Origin: Eledone cirrhosa | Lineage: Eukaryota | Assembly (NCBI GenBank): GCA_964016885.1 | Contig: OZ024740.1 | Location: 78,926,001 to 78,990,000 of the forward strand | Direction: 5' to 3' | Length of the DNA: 64,000 nt | In this document: positions 36,518 through 49,802 of the stretch, one piece after another | Layout of the letters: every line of letters starts with the position of its first letter | Numbering within the stretch: the stretch's first letter is position 1 | Notes under the pieces: generated by a model | Told to the model about the DNA's origin: nothing | What the model saw: only the letters and a program-made list of their open reading frames with translations | Databases searched by the model: none | Program-made: the position numbers and the translations under genes

Positions 36518-38724
36518 CGTTTTTGTTTCTGTTGTTTGTTGTTTTTTTTGTTTTTTTTTTCTATCAGTTTTTACAAAATATTTGAAGAAATGTATAAAAT
36601 AAAGGGTAGTGAATTGACAGTCTTTAGAATGTCAGCTAGAATATATTATGGCATCTGTTTTGGCTATCTCTACTCTGATTTCAAATCCCACCAAGTTCAA
36701 CTTGCACCCTTTCCAAGTCAATAAAGTACCACTTCAGCTGGTAGATTGGTAGAATTGTTAGAACATCTGATGAGATATTTTGCAGTATCTGTTCTTACTT
36801 TTTGCATTCTGAGATAAAATTTTACCTCCTATCTCTGGTCCCCTTATGGCAGAAAACAGCCTTCAGGACATATCTAACAGGGATTGGCTGCCAGTGCCAG
36901 ATGGAGCAATATGCCAGTTGGATCAGCATCTGAGTTGCATCAATATGTATAAATGCAAATATAGATTCTGCACTAGGATACATTATAAATGTTAAGACAA
37001 GAAAATTGAAATGTATCAATTTTTTAACCAAAATTTCAGAAGTATAAATGAAAAATACTGTTTTATTTTTAAACAGATAAATATGATAGCTACATAAGAT
37101 GATGTAGATTAATTTTCATAGGATTTCAATAGTAATATTTTATATAAAATAATTGTTTCTACTTTAGGCACAAGGCCAGCAATTAACCAGTACATTACTG
37201 GTACTTTATTTTATCAACCCCGTAAGGATGAAAGGCAAAGTTAACCAACAATAAGAACAATATATACATATTATTTTATATAAAATAATATATCTATATT
37301 GTTCTTATTGTTGTTCAGTCAGAGAAGACGGGCAGTGCCCATAAACCTGTCCAGAGCCATTATTTGAGACAAGTTTGTGTGTGTGTGGGGGGGGGGGGGG
37401 GGTTTAGCCAGGTGGTATTGTTAAGCCAGAAAACCGATTAACAATAGAAACAGCAAGAGTTGAACTTCGAATGCAAAAAGCCAGAACAAGTACTACAAGG
37501 CATCACATCTAATGCTCTAACAATCCTGCTAATCCACTGAACTGGATTGCTACTTCATTTTATCAACCCTGAAAAGACAAAAAGGCAAAATTGATCTCAG
37601 TGGGATTTGAACTCTGAGCATAGAGAGTTGAAACAACCACCACAAAGTATTTTGTTCTATTTTCTAACAAGTCTGATAATTCGCCACCTACAGAAAACCA
37701 TGCAGTTCTTTTTATCTTCTTCTTTTCTATTCTTTAAATACAATACAGTTATCTACCTTTTTCTTTTCTTTCCCAGATTTGGCTGTGTATTTTAGTACAC
37801 ACACACACTTGTTTTGTTTTTTTCTTTTCTTCATCTGCCAGATAGTAGTGTTTGAAGTGGAAAATGAAGAAAGTTATTATCATTCCAATATTCCCCCTTC
37901 ATCTAATGAACTCTGTAAGCTTACTGTCGATGGAGTGTATAAAACGTAAAACCCCAAAAATGTTTCAACCTAACAAAGCAATGTTACTAATGTGAACTTA
38001 ACAGCAATTGAGACTGCCCAGGTTCAATTTTAGGTTGCTAACTATCAATCTCCTACAGACTGACACATTCCTAAAATGTTTAGGGTTAAACAACACATTG
38101 ATGTACTGCAAGCAAGTAAAGGTTTTCTGATCTTTCATTAATGTATGACTCATCTCCTGTCGTGATGATTATTTCAAGAATACTTGACAATCTATGAAAA
38201 ATAACTCAATCTCAATTAATTTAACCCAATAATGATATATTTCTACACCTTGTCATTCTTTAAATATTGATATATTTTATTGCACCTTATACCTTTTATT
38301 TTTTAATCTTATTTATTTTATTTCTTACTCTCTGTGCACTTTCTAAGGAAGCTTTCCATTTTACCCCACTGTTTTCATTTGTCAAGTTTAACTCCAAAAT
38401 TAATCTGTTTTCTCCATGCCATACATAACATTACCATATCCATAGCTCTTGGCATCAAGGACGTTTTACCCCTGAAGAAGTACCTCAATATATATTTGGA
38501 CAGTTTGAAAAAATATATATATATGTATATATATATAATTAATACAATAACAGAGATAGCTTTAAGCTAAACTCCGACTGGTAACCATCTCACTCAACAA
38601 ACATTAGGTTATACGTTAGTATAAACCCAATTTAAGTGTTTGGGGTGCTAACTATATGTATTTTGTGGAAAGCCAGTTGTATTATTTTATATGAGATATA
38701 ATTAAAGTTAAAATATATCTCTCT

Positions 38725-38849
38725 TTCCAAACAATTGTTTCATTATAAGTTTTCTACAAGTTTGGAGAATGTTTCCAGTTTATGTAGAAGCCTAACATAT
38801 TTTCATGTAAGAAAATATTTAGGTGGGCACGTATAAATCGTCAGTGGAA
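38725..38849 (-). ncRNA. Type I hammerhead ribozyme (downstream copy)
   Basis: TTCCA-CTGACGA-T-TTATACGT...ACTTATAA-T-GAAAC-AATT-GTT-TGGAA. Confidence 0.82.
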
Positions 38850-39720
38850 GCCCATTAAACTTTGATATAAGAAAAAATTCCTTACCACAGTTAATTTTCA
38901 TGTCCGCTAAGTTGTTCCTTCACGCATTGAATGACCGCCAAATTTGAAATTCCAGCAGTCTTTTGACTGAGGAAGTATCATAGCGTCACGAAGCGGAAAA
39001 GGGAGACAACCACGATTCACGAGAAAAGTAAAATAATATACACGTGGGTTAATTAGTTTTTTCAAAAACATTATCAATCCTGCGTGTTAAGAACTCACAT
39101 TTATTTTTTTTAAATTAATTATGCGTGTATTAATTACACACGCATATAGATATTTTCTTAGGCTAAAAACAGAGAAATGATACCTAAAAACAATCACATC
39201 TCATAACTGTAATAAATACGGAAAGTTACGCTTTAAAAGGCATTTGGGAATGTAAATCTCTGGCCAAATTAAGAGTAAAATATTCAATACACGCGAGTTA
39301 ATTAGTTATTTCAAAACCAATATTAATTTCGCGTGTTAAGAACTCAATTAATTTAAAAAAATAAATGTATGCATGTAATTATTTACACACGCATATAGAT
39401 ATTTTCTTAGGCTAAAAACAGAGAAATGATTCCCAAAAAAACAAACAATATCTCATAACAGCAATAAATACGGAAAGTCATGCTTATAAGGTACCTGGAA
39501 ATAAAAATCTCTGGCCAAATCAAGAGTAAAATATTTAATACAATAACAGAGATAGCTTTAAGCTAAACTCTGACTGGTAACCATCTCACTCAACAAACAT
39601 TAGGTTATACGTTAGTATAAACCCAATTTAAGTGTTTGGGGTGCTAACTATATGTATTTTGTGGAAAGCCAGTTGTATTATTTTATATGAGATATAATTA
39701 AAGTTAAAATATATCTCTCT

Positions 39721-39845
39721 TTCCAAACAATTGTTTCATTATAAGTTTTCTACAAGTTTGGAGAATGTTTCCAGTTTATGTAGAAGCCTAACATATTTTC
39801 ATGTAAGAAAATATTTAGGTGGGCACTTATAAATCGTCAGTGGAA
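39721..39845 (-). ncRNA. Type I hammerhead ribozyme (upstream copy, perfect stems)
   Basis: TTCCA-CTGACGA-T-TTATAAGT...ACTTATAA-T-GAAAC-AATT-GTT-TGGAA; 5-bp stem I, 8-bp stem II, palindromic stem III. Confidence 0.87.
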
Positions 39846-39911
39846 GCCCGTTAAACTTTGATATAAGAAAAAATTCCTTACCACAGTTAATTTTATATAT
39901 ATATATATATA

Positions 39912-42263
39912 TTAGATGAAGCAGTTAAGGCCAAGAGACAGGTATGGAAAGAATGGAAGAACGGGGGGAGCAGGGTACATTACATAGAGACCAAGAGGGA
40001 AGCTAGGCGACAAGTATACTTAGCTAGGAGGGAAGCAGAGGATAGAAAATTCAAGCATGTCTTGCAACGTGAGGACCAGAAACAGGAGGTATTCAAGATT
40101 GCGAGGCAGTGTGTAAGAGATAGTTGTGATGTCATTGGAGAGAAGTGTATCCGGAATGATAAAGGTGAGCTTGCCCTCACAAGTGCTGAGAAGAAAGATG
40201 CATGGAAGAGTCATTATGATAGATTACTAAATGAGGAGAATGCATGGGAAGAAGAGACCCTACCCCAAGTAGACCCTATAGAGGGACCAGCAGTACAAGT
40301 CAGCAGCAGCGTAGTAAGTAAGGCAATCAAAGATATGAAGATGAGGAAGGCAACCGGTCCATCGGGTATAGCTGCCGAGATGCTGAAGGCATCTGGGTCT
40401 GTAGGTCACATTATAACCACACGTATCGTTAACCAGGTAATACTAGAAGGTGCCATACCAAAAGATTGGTGCAGTAGCATCATTGTCAACTGCTACAAAG
40501 GTAAAGGCGATGCACTAGATAGAGAAAACTATAGAGGTATAAAGTTGATGGACCAGGTCATGAAAGTAACAGAAAGAGTTATAGCACAGCTGATTAGGGA
40601 CCGGGTGAAAATAGACGAGATGCAATTTGGGTTTGTACCAGGGAGAGGCACCACTGATGCCCTCTTCCTTGTGAGGCAATTACAGGAAAAGTACCTAGCT
40701 AAAAGTAAGCCACTCTACTTGGCATTTGTCGACCTTGAGAAAGCCTTTGACAGAGTTCCACGTGCTGTAATCTGGTGGGCTCTTAGAAAACTAGGAGTAG
40801 ATGAATGGCTTGTGAAAGCGGTACAAGCCATGTATAGGGGAGCAGTCAGCAAAGTTAGGATTAGCAATGAGTATAGCGAGGAATTTAGCGTACAGGTTGG
40901 GGTCCACCAGGGCTCTGTTCTTAGCCCTCTCCTGTTCATCATAGTCCTGCAGGCAATAACGGAGGAGTTTAAGACCGGATGCCCATGGGAACTCCTGTAT
41001 GCTGATGACCTCGCACTCATAGCTGAATCTATGGTAGAACTAGAGAATAAATTCCAAACTTGGAAGCAGGGACTAGAAAGAAAGGGTCTCAAAGTCAACA
41101 TGACAAAGACTAAGGTCCTTGTAAGTAGACGAGAAAACAGAACCCAGATCCCCTCAGGGAAATGGCCTTGCTCAGTATGTAGGAAAGGTGTAGGTAGGAA
41201 CTCCATTCTCTACCCCAAATGCAAACAATGGGTACACAAGAGATGTAGCGGGATCTCAGGAAGCTTAATTAAGAATGTAGGATTCACATGCAGCAGCTGT
41301 GCTGATACAGCAAGCAGCAAACAGCCACAGGAAACAAGTACCACCAATCTCTGGGAGGGCCCTGTAGAAACAGTAGACAGCTTCTTCTACCTAGGTGACC
41401 GAATTAGCAGCGGAGGTGGGTGTTCAGAAAGTACAATAACTAGGGTAAGAACGGGATGGAAGAAGTTTAGGGAACTACTACCACTGCTAGCTGCAAAAGG
41501 CTTCTCCCTCAGAATGAAAGGCAGACTGTATGATGCGTGTATCCGAACAGCGATGTTGCATGGTAGTGAGACCTGGGCGCTGAAGGTGGAAGACTTATGT
41601 AGATTAGAGAGAAATGAAGCCTGTATGCTCCGATGGATGTGTAACAGTAATATACGTGAACGACAAAGCATAAATGAATTGAGAGAGAGACTGAGCATAA
41701 GAGGAATCAAATGCTGTGTGCAGAAGAGGCGGTTGCGCTGGTATGGACATGTGATGCGTATGAAGGATGACAGCTGCATAAAAAGGTGCAGAGCACTAGA
41801 AGTTGATGGAAACCGCGGAGTGGGGAGACCCAAGATGACCTGGGATGAGGTGATAAAAGCCGACCTTACCCAATTGCACCTCTCAAAGACAATGACACAC
41901 GACCGTGACTTCTGGCGTCACGCAGTAATACAGAGTACCCGACCTCCCATGGGTACAAGCTGAAGCATATAGACAATATGCCCCCACACCCCCCACCGCA
42001 AGGTGGTCGTGGAGGTGCCACGGCAAAAAAGCACCCAGCCCACACTGTAAAGTGGACGTGTAGGCGCCACGAAAAAGCACCCAGCACTCACTGTAAATGA
42101 GGTTGGTGTTAGGAAGGGCATCCAGCTGTAGAAATCAAGCCAAATCAGTCCTGTATGAGCAAGGCAAGGTCAGCCGACCAGACACTGCCCACAACAGGAC
42201 AACCCGTCTAACCCATGCTAGCGTGGAAGAACGGTAAAACGGTGATGATGATCATGATGATGA
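39912..42263 (+). mobile_element. Young 5'-truncated RTE LINE with uninterrupted RT ORF
   Basis: Begins mid-ORF after (TA)n; ends CCCATGCTAGCGTGGAA...(GAT)n. Confidence 0.95.
40062..41963 (+). CDS. RTE reverse transcriptase with embedded PHD-like zinc finger (endonuclease lost by truncation)
   Basis: NYRGIKL, QFGFVPGRGTTDA, AFVDLEKAFD, GVHQGSVLSPLLF, LYADDL, YLG, RLRWYGHVMR. Confidence 0.93.
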   Translation: MQREDQKQEVFKIARQCVRDSCDVIGEKCIRNDKGELALTSAEKKDAWKSHYDRLLNEENAWEEETLPQVDPIEGPAVQVSSSVVSKAIKDMKMRKATGPSGIAAEMLKASGSVGHIITTRIVNQVILEGAIPKDWCSSIIVNCYKGKGDALDRENYRGIKLMDQVMKVTERVIAQLIRDRVKIDEMQFGFVPGRGTTDALFLVRQLQEKYLAKSKPLYLAFVDLEKAFDRVPRAVIWWALRKLGVDEWLVKAVQAMYRGAVSKVRISNEYSEEFSVQVGVHQGSVLSPLLFIIVLQAITEEFKTGCPWELLYADDLALIAESMVELENKFQTWKQGLERKGLKVNMTKTKVLVSRRENRTQIPSGKWPCSVCRKGVGRNSILYPKCKQWVHKRCSGISGSLIKNVGFTCSSCADTASSKQPQETSTTNLWEGPVETVDSFFYLGDRISSGGGCSESTITRVRTGWKKFRELLPLLAAKGFSLRMKGRLYDACIRTAMLHGSETWALKVEDLCRLERNEACMLRWMCNSNIRERQSINELRERLSIRGIKCCVQKRRLRWYGHVMRMKDDSCIKRCRALEVDGNRGVGRPKMTWDEVIKADLTQLHLSKTMTHDRDFWRHAVIQSTRPPMGTS

Positions 42264-42377
42264 TATATATATAAGATAAAAATACTTGAGTGCATTAGAG
42301 TTAAACACACTCTTCGTATTAGAGAAATGACAGTATAAGATATAGCTCAATGTTATCAAACAGAGCCGAAAAATTAC

Positions 42378-42426
<49 letters not shown>

Positions 42427-42589
42427 GAAGAGCTCTGCACTTTCACATATTTTAATGTAACCTTTATCCTCTAGGATATACAGGAAAGTTTTTAGACTTG
42501 TTTTGATGAGAAAAAAATGTCTTTGACACCAGCAAATATGGTAATTCATCTTTTCCATAACCTAATTCTGGAAATATATTTTAATAAAA

Positions 42590-43033
42590 TGGACCGAGAC
42601 CTTTGGCGGTACTCAGTAATAGAGAAGACCCGCCTTACCTAAATACAAAGTAAAACCTACTACAGTCAGTAGACATCTCTAACAAAATACACCCCTGTCC
42701 CACCACCCCCACCCCATCCACACCGCCCCCTTCTATGTAAAGTTATGTTGGTGCCACACCATCCAGGCCGAAACAAATGAGATCGTGTAGGTGTCACGAC
42801 AAAAAAACACACAGTCGACGCTGTAATGTGGCCGTGTAGGCAACACGGTAAAAACCTCCCAGACCCACACTGTAAATGTGGTTGGTGTTAGGAAGGGCAT
42901 CCAACTGTAGAAAACCTGCCAGACAGTCCTATGCGAGCAAGACAATCACTCTTGCCTCAAGTGGGAATACCCCCGTCCAAACCCATGCAAGCGTGGAACA
43001 CGGACGTTAAACGTTGATGATGATGATGATGAT
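42590..43033 (+). mobile_element. RTE 3' end, subfamily of the 7.1-10.9 kb copy
   Basis: Aligns with 10500-10920; reversed copy at 57457-57700. Confidence 0.85.
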
Positions 43034-46000
43034 TAGTAATATGTGAAATGTGTGCATCTCAATATCAATTTATAATGATTGGCTGTTATTGTGGTCATTT
43101 GCACTGGGATGCATTCATTTCAAATTTTCCTAATGCTTATTAGTAATATATTTTAATGTTTTTCATTAAAGTTTGCAGATAGTGTTTCCAATATTGGTGA
43201 TTTTCAAAACCACTTTCCAGACAATTCTGTCCCTTGTGTTCTGTATAAAGAAAACATTTTCTTATAATTAGGCAAAAATGATTGAATGCAAAAAAAAAAA
43301 ATTAAATTTGAAAGAGTGAGCTTGAGTAAAAGTGAATATATAATACAATTGGAGCCTCTCATCATTAAAACACCTATGAAACTTCCTTTGAGATCCAACT
43401 TCTTAGGAGACTAGCTAAAGCAATGCAGGTGTGAGCCATAACAACTACAAAAACTGTAATTTAATGTGGCTACAGCAATGATGTTAGTTAGTAACAGGTG
43501 TCATAAACACCTAGCATACAACCAATGCAGAAATGAAGGTAGAAGGTGTTCACTTTTATAAACTTGATGAAAATAATAAGTGCAAAAGATGTAGTGTGGT
43601 GTGGCGTGGCATGGCGGTGTGGTGTGGTTTTATGCTGGTTGATATGAAATTAAAACTTTAGGAGTAACAAATGAACTCAAGAATGTACAGCAAGGTACTT
43701 AATACCTTACACTCCTCAAATGGCTATATTTACCTGAGCGATATCATTTGGGTAGTTCTGGAGATGATAGTAAATGTATGCATGTCATGCAAATTAGATA
43801 GACCATTTCAGGTATTTTCTATATTCACTATGATATATATGAGGCAGCGAATTGGCAAAGTTCTTTAAATGTTTGATTGAATGCTTTGTGGTATTTGTTC
43901 CAGCTCTCTGCACTCCAAGTCAACCACCAAGGTAAACTTTGCCTTTCGTCCTTTCAAGATCAAGAAAAAAGTATCAGTTCAGTACTGAATTCAATTCATA
44001 TCTTTCTTATTTTCCTCTCTTTCTCTCCCCTTTTCTGTAAGAAACCAGGTCCATAGCAATATTCTTTAGTACATGGAATCATGGGAGTAGTTATAACAGT
44101 AATTGAACTGTTGCCATAGGATTAATCTCTAATATTTTTCTATGAACATATTAATATCTGAAAATGTTTGCATTTCGCAGTCTGTTTTTTTCATGGCTAA
44201 TTCAAAAACACCTTAAGTTTACCTTAATCCTTTCCATATTTCTAATAAAATACTCTTTATATGAATTAGTTATTAAAGAATTTTGCAGGATTTATTAAAA
44301 TTATTAATTACTTTATTATTAAGATGATATTTGTAAATAAGTTGGGAGATTTTAATTCAAATATGAACTCTTTAAAAGGGGTGCTTTTGTTTTATAGACC
44401 CAGAGCCAGTTTTAGCTGGCTAGGTGTCAAAAGGGTTAATATTCAAATGTGTGCCATGTAATAGCATATATATTATTTGTTTAAAAAAGAAAAAACATTA
44501 ATATCTTGTGTATTTGATGAGAAATTTATTTAGAATATTAAAAATGTTGCTACTGTTCATAGTGATAACAGTGAAAAGTTTGGATATTTATGAAGTAAAA
44601 TGAGATTGACTATGATGACTAAGCTGCTAACATTTTGGCAAACTATCCAAAACCATTAGATAGCTTGATAAAAAGGCTTATTACATTGGGAAAATAAGGT
44701 AAGCAGAGAAGCTAGCTATTTCAGTGTTATTAATGCAGATATTTTAAAACTATTTATAAAGCAATTAAATAACTGATGAACTCTGTGAACAAAGGAGTGT
44801 AATTTAGCAGCTGAAGATAGTTCAATCCAAATATTAGTGGGTAGTTTCCTTATCAGCTACTATCATTGAAAGAAGAATAAAGTGGCTACTCAGGTTCCCA
44901 TTCAATAGTTACATTGCAGATTTACTAGTACAACATGAGCCAAGAAGAGAACTTTTGTGTGATCCCCTGACATGCTAGAAATAGCAGCCAAATCTTTAAA
45001 CCACACCCAAATGATTTTTGCAAGCTTGAATATTTGTATAGAATAGGGGAAATTGATTTTGCATTGGAGGCCCTTCTTAACCCTTTCATTGTCATATTTC
45101 TAATGAAAAACACTGTCTCTGATTTTCAAATAATTTTGAAAATAATCAAGCATTTCATATTAACAAAGGTTCTCACATAAAATTATGATGGAAGGCTTTC
45201 AGATAGCTATAAACATTTCTAAATAAATAACGAACAAGGGGCAATTTCAAGTGGTTTGATATCAAAAGGATTAAATGAAGTCATCCTGATAATGGCAATC
45301 GCCATTATTGTCAACGTTTTTATGTTTGCTCTTCCATGGGTTGAGTTGGATGGCACTTCTTGATGCCAACCCATACTTTATTTGTTAATATGGTGTATAC
45401 TGTTGAGCTTCATGGAACTGATAAACTGCAGGGCATAGTTAAATTCAGTTTTAAACATTGTCAGTATGAAGATGTGCATGGTAACTGACACATATACATG
45501 TGCACATATACACATACATACACACAATGAGCTTCTTCACACTTTGTCTTCCGGATTCACTTATAAAGCATTGGTCTGCCTGAAGCTATAGTAAAAAAAA
45601 TTACACTGTTGTATTAATCAAAACAGATAAGAATACATGAGATCACTACAGGTCAATAGAAATGGAGCAATATAAACACAATATTAAATCTAGATCACAA
45701 ACAATAAGCAGAGTGAATAAAACAGACACAGCAAATTACAATAGAACAGTTATATGACAATGTTATACAAAAGACTGGTGCAAATGTAGACACTACAGTG
45801 ACAACTAATGTTTTGAGTTGACCACTGCACATTGAAGTAACTAACATGGACAGCTTTTAACTAAAGGTAACGGGTTACTGTCTTAGTATTACAGTTTGGG
45901 GTGGGGGTGAAATAAATTTCCAGAAATACTACTTCTGTTAGACACAAAAGATCTTGCTTTATAAAAAGCAGATCAGTGAACTTTGTGGGAATATTGCCAT

Positions 46001-46940
46001 GCTTTGCAAATTTTGTGCATATTCTGCAAAAGTTTGATACTTAATCATGAAACTTATTTGATATATCAAATGTTCTGTGTACTTAAACGTAAATCAAATA
46101 CCCATTTTCCTGTTTGATAACGCATGAAAGAAGTTTATCAAGACATAATTTAAAGATTATCAATTTATTACTTTTAACACTTGTGTTGTGTTTCATACAA
46201 CACATGATTTTCACTGGTATTTTGAAATATTTTCACATATTGTTATAAAAGTTATCTAAATTCACCATGCTATATTCAGTAATGCTTATTTCTGGTTGAA
46301 TTTTAATCCTTTCACTTTCCTTACCAACAGTGTTTCTTATTTGTGCTTGTCTTTCAACACGAGAATTCTAACTCAATAAGAATGCAGAAACATATTGAAT
46401 GTGATGTGTGTGTGTTTTCTATTTCAACAGTGACAGGCACAAGCACAGGCATGGCTGTATGATTAAAACGTTTACTTTGTAACCATATGGTTTCAAATTT
46501 GATCTGATAGTGTGGCACCTTGGATAAGTATCCTCTACTAAAGCCTCCAGTCAATGAATTTGGTAGACAGTAACTGTGTGGAAACCCATCGTTTAACCTC
46601 TGCTCCAAGGAGACAATACACATTTTGTTTGCCATGGAATGACTGCTTAATGGAAAGAACGAACTGCAAACACAGGATTTACAAGCCTTACCTCAACCTC
46701 AGACCTCTGTGCGTCCCCAGTGGGTAAGGCACTAACTACTGTTTTATACCACACCCACACAGACAGGTATCTGCTGATGCAGAACTCATGAAATTAGCCA
46801 CAATAGCAAGCTCTCATGCCACACAGCCATACCTGTACTATGCATATGTCTTAGGTTAGGAATGTTTGGCCTATAATCTTTACTGTACAAATATATTGAG
46901 TTTTTTGCTTTCCAATAAGAAGCAATACACCTTAATTAAT

Positions 46941-46973
<33 letters not shown>

Positions 46974-47099
46974 TCCAATTCCACATTTGGCTTAGTTTGT
47001 GCGTTTTCACTCCGCATGCGAGACTTCCATTTAGGCAACTATAAAAGCCAAATGCAGGATTGGAGATCAATGGTAGCAACAAAACATATATATATATAT

Positions 47100-47545
47100 G
47101 TTATACTCAAGAGGTTTTGAGACTTTTATCAGAGAGACATTAATTTAACTCAGATCAACACAAAACTCTAGTCTCCCTCAAAGTAGGATCCTCCAATTTC
47201 AATGCTCTTGTAGAACTCCAGCTACTTTTGGAAGGCCTCATTCATCTCTTTCAGCTTTGGGGACATCCAGAAGTCACATGGGGCTAAGTCTGGACTGTAG
47301 GGAGGATGAAAGATAGTCTTGATCCCCATATTGGCCAAGTATTTGGTCACCAGGATGGATTTGTGGCAGATGCCTTTGTGCTGGTGCAGATGCCACTGAC
47401 CAGACTTGGAAAGTTCTGGTCTCTTGCAACAAAATCTCTTTCTGAACTGCCTGAAGACCTCTAGTACTCTTTGTTGACTGCCTGGCAGTGGGTGACCCAG
47501 TGGATGTAGATGATGCCACAAGTCACACATTTGGAACCGCACAGT
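47100..47545 (-). mobile_element. mariner transposase C-terminal remnant
   Basis: WHLHQHKG..HKSILV..YLANMGIKTIFHPPYSPDLAPCDFWMSPKLK (YSPDLAPxD motif). Confidence 0.88.
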
Positions 47546-47602
47546 CATACTAGTGCTATGTATAATAATTTATTCAATCTCCATAAAATAAACATTGATA
47601 TA

Positions 47603-47680
47603 CAAGATGTCCCAAAACATGTATACACACTTTCATTAGAATGCAGTTAAAGTGTTGTATACATTTTTTGGGACACCCTC
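47603..47680. mobile_element. 78-bp Tc1-type MITE (two TIRs, TA flanks)
   Basis: TA-CAAGATGTCCCAAAACATGTATACACACTTT...AAAGTGTTGTATACATTTTTTGGGACACCCTC-TA. Confidence 0.7.
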
Positions 47681-49356
47681 TATTTATACCTTTATACAAT
47701 TAGGTATGTGAATATGTCTGATTTCTATCCTTCAATAATAAATACTACCAAATATTTTAACTTTATTTTACTCAGAGAAGGAAGGTCAGGGCCTATGGCA
47801 TCTTTTCAGTACCTTTGTAACTAATGGGAGTTGGTGGTAAGGAGGAAGTTATCCTCAAGTTGTGACTGAGACATGGTCTAAATATTTACAACAGTGTAAA
47901 TTCCACTAAAGACATTTTAGGGCCAGGTGATTGTATCTAACTAGATGAAAGATTAAGTCTACCACCCAAGTGGGCAACAGTGAGAATTTAAACTCAGAAT
48001 GCAAAGACTGGAACAAATATCACAAGGCATTTCATCCAATGCCCTAATAATTCCACTAATCCACTACCCTGGACTGTTATTTAGTCAACCCTGAAAAATT
48101 GAAAGTTGGTATTGATTTCAGTTGGATTTGAACACTAACAATTTTGCTAATTATCTGACATAAATAGAAAAATCTTTCATTGGTATTAGATATTTTTTTG
48201 CAGCTGGCAAGAATCCGTTACCTTCAGAATTTGGAAAGAGTTTGTTGATCTAAATATCATAATCCAGAAGGTCATGCTTGATTACATGAATGTTATCAGA
48301 GTTATTCCCTTAAGTTCTATTTTCCAATATTTACTGATCAAGTAACACATTATTGCTGAGTCATGAACTCCATATCAACTTTCAAATCCAGATGCTCTTT
48401 TAAAAAATCCTTTGAATCATTGAATTTCCAAAAGTATTTAGCAGTTGACAAAACAATCTGCAATACTTTTACTCCTATGGGAATTTTCCCAGCAGGGGAA
48501 CAAGCTTTACTTTCACTGCCATACCCAGAATATTAGTTTTTCAATATTTTATATTTTGTATTTTGTATTTCTATCAAAGTTTACAATTTGGCTTCTCAAT
48601 CTTTCTTAATCTCTGTGAAACAAAGGACAGATTATAATGAAAATAATGCTTTATATGAATGAAAGTATGCATGTATGCATGGCATGAAGTTACAATAAAA
48701 GAAATAAATTATGCATAAAAGCATTTTATTTCAAACAATTTAAAATATTTATTTGTTGGTTTGTTTCATAAGCAGCTGTTTCCTTTGTTTAAAAAATGTG
48801 CTGAGATTAAAAAAAAATAAAAGAGATGTATTTCAAAACAATTATAGTTACTCTGATGGCAGCAAAATGGCAGTCATTAGAACATAGAATAGACTGATTT
48901 ATGTTATTTGCTCTGATACTGCAATTTAAGTTCATATCCCACCAAGTTCAACTTTGTCACCCAGTATTGGGGTTGATGCTTCTTCTATATCTTTCACACT
49001 TCCTCTCTGTCTCTCTCTCACTCACTTCCTCTCTCTCATCAACTGTGATCAAACCTCTAGAGGAGATGGGCTCTGCCTGGTTTTAAAAATGCCCAAGGAA
49101 CATTGTATGTCACGATGACTATCAGGAGTTACTGGTACAAAATAAGAAAAGAAATAGTTACTATGAGTATTTATTATAACCATAGGTGCAAATATGACTA
49201 TGTGGTGAAGAAGGTCACTTTGCAAGTATGTGGTTTCAGGTTCCATCACACTGTGCAGCACATTCAGCAAATGACTTCTATTATAGACAGGCCAAACGAT
49301 GTTTTGTGCATAAATTTGGGAGTCAAAAATTGTGAGGAAGCCCATCTTTATGTGTA

Positions 49357-49419
<63 letters not shown>

Positions 49420-49665
49420 CACACGTTAAGACAACAGGAGGAGGTCAGACTGGAAAATTTACTTTAGAATTTTTCACACACACACATATAATTACTAAGG
49501 AAACAGACCCATCAAATAGGACCGATATACCTTCGATCGTTTCCCACTCACCCAAAGATTTAATTAAGTCAATATCATTAAGATGCCAGCCAAAGGAAAA
49601 CAAAGTGCACACTAATACATTAAATAGTGAGAAAAACAATGTAGGTAGAAAATTTGATTTTCTGG

Positions 49666-49802
49666 CCCCGGACTAATGCATTAGTTTCTGCTATTCTCTC
49701 TGCTGGTGACAGTCCAAGTCCATATGGAACTGCCGTGCTAAAGAAATTAGATAATGCTATTAAACATTACGTAATTGACTAAGAGCAGCTTCATCAGTGA
49801 GG
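49666..49802 (-). ncRNA. Type I hammerhead ribozyme, intact core, in a probable solo pLTR (about 49420-50110)
   Basis: CCTCA-CTGATGA-A-GCTGCTCT...AGAATAGC-A-GAAACTAATGCATTAGTC-CGGGG; 14-nt palindrome ACTAATGCATTAGT forms stem III; GUC site. Confidence 0.78.

Larger units (their letters stand above)
38540..39894 (-). mobile_element. Young ORF-less element with about 359-bp terminal direct repeats, each carrying a hammerhead with an intact core (retrozyme-like)
   Basis: 38540-38898 and 39536-39894 differ at 3 positions seen; period 996 bp; internal about 250-bp tandem dimer; (TA)n on both flanks. Confidence 0.85.

Noticed and set aside
40715-41833. Antisense ORFs over the RTE copies (also 8164-9105 and 62108-62554)
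   Set aside because: Shadow frames of the RT coding sequence with no independent motifs.
44770-44822. CTGATGA-ACTC...GAGT-GTAA motif
   Set aside because: GAAA box and NUH site are both absent; may be chance.
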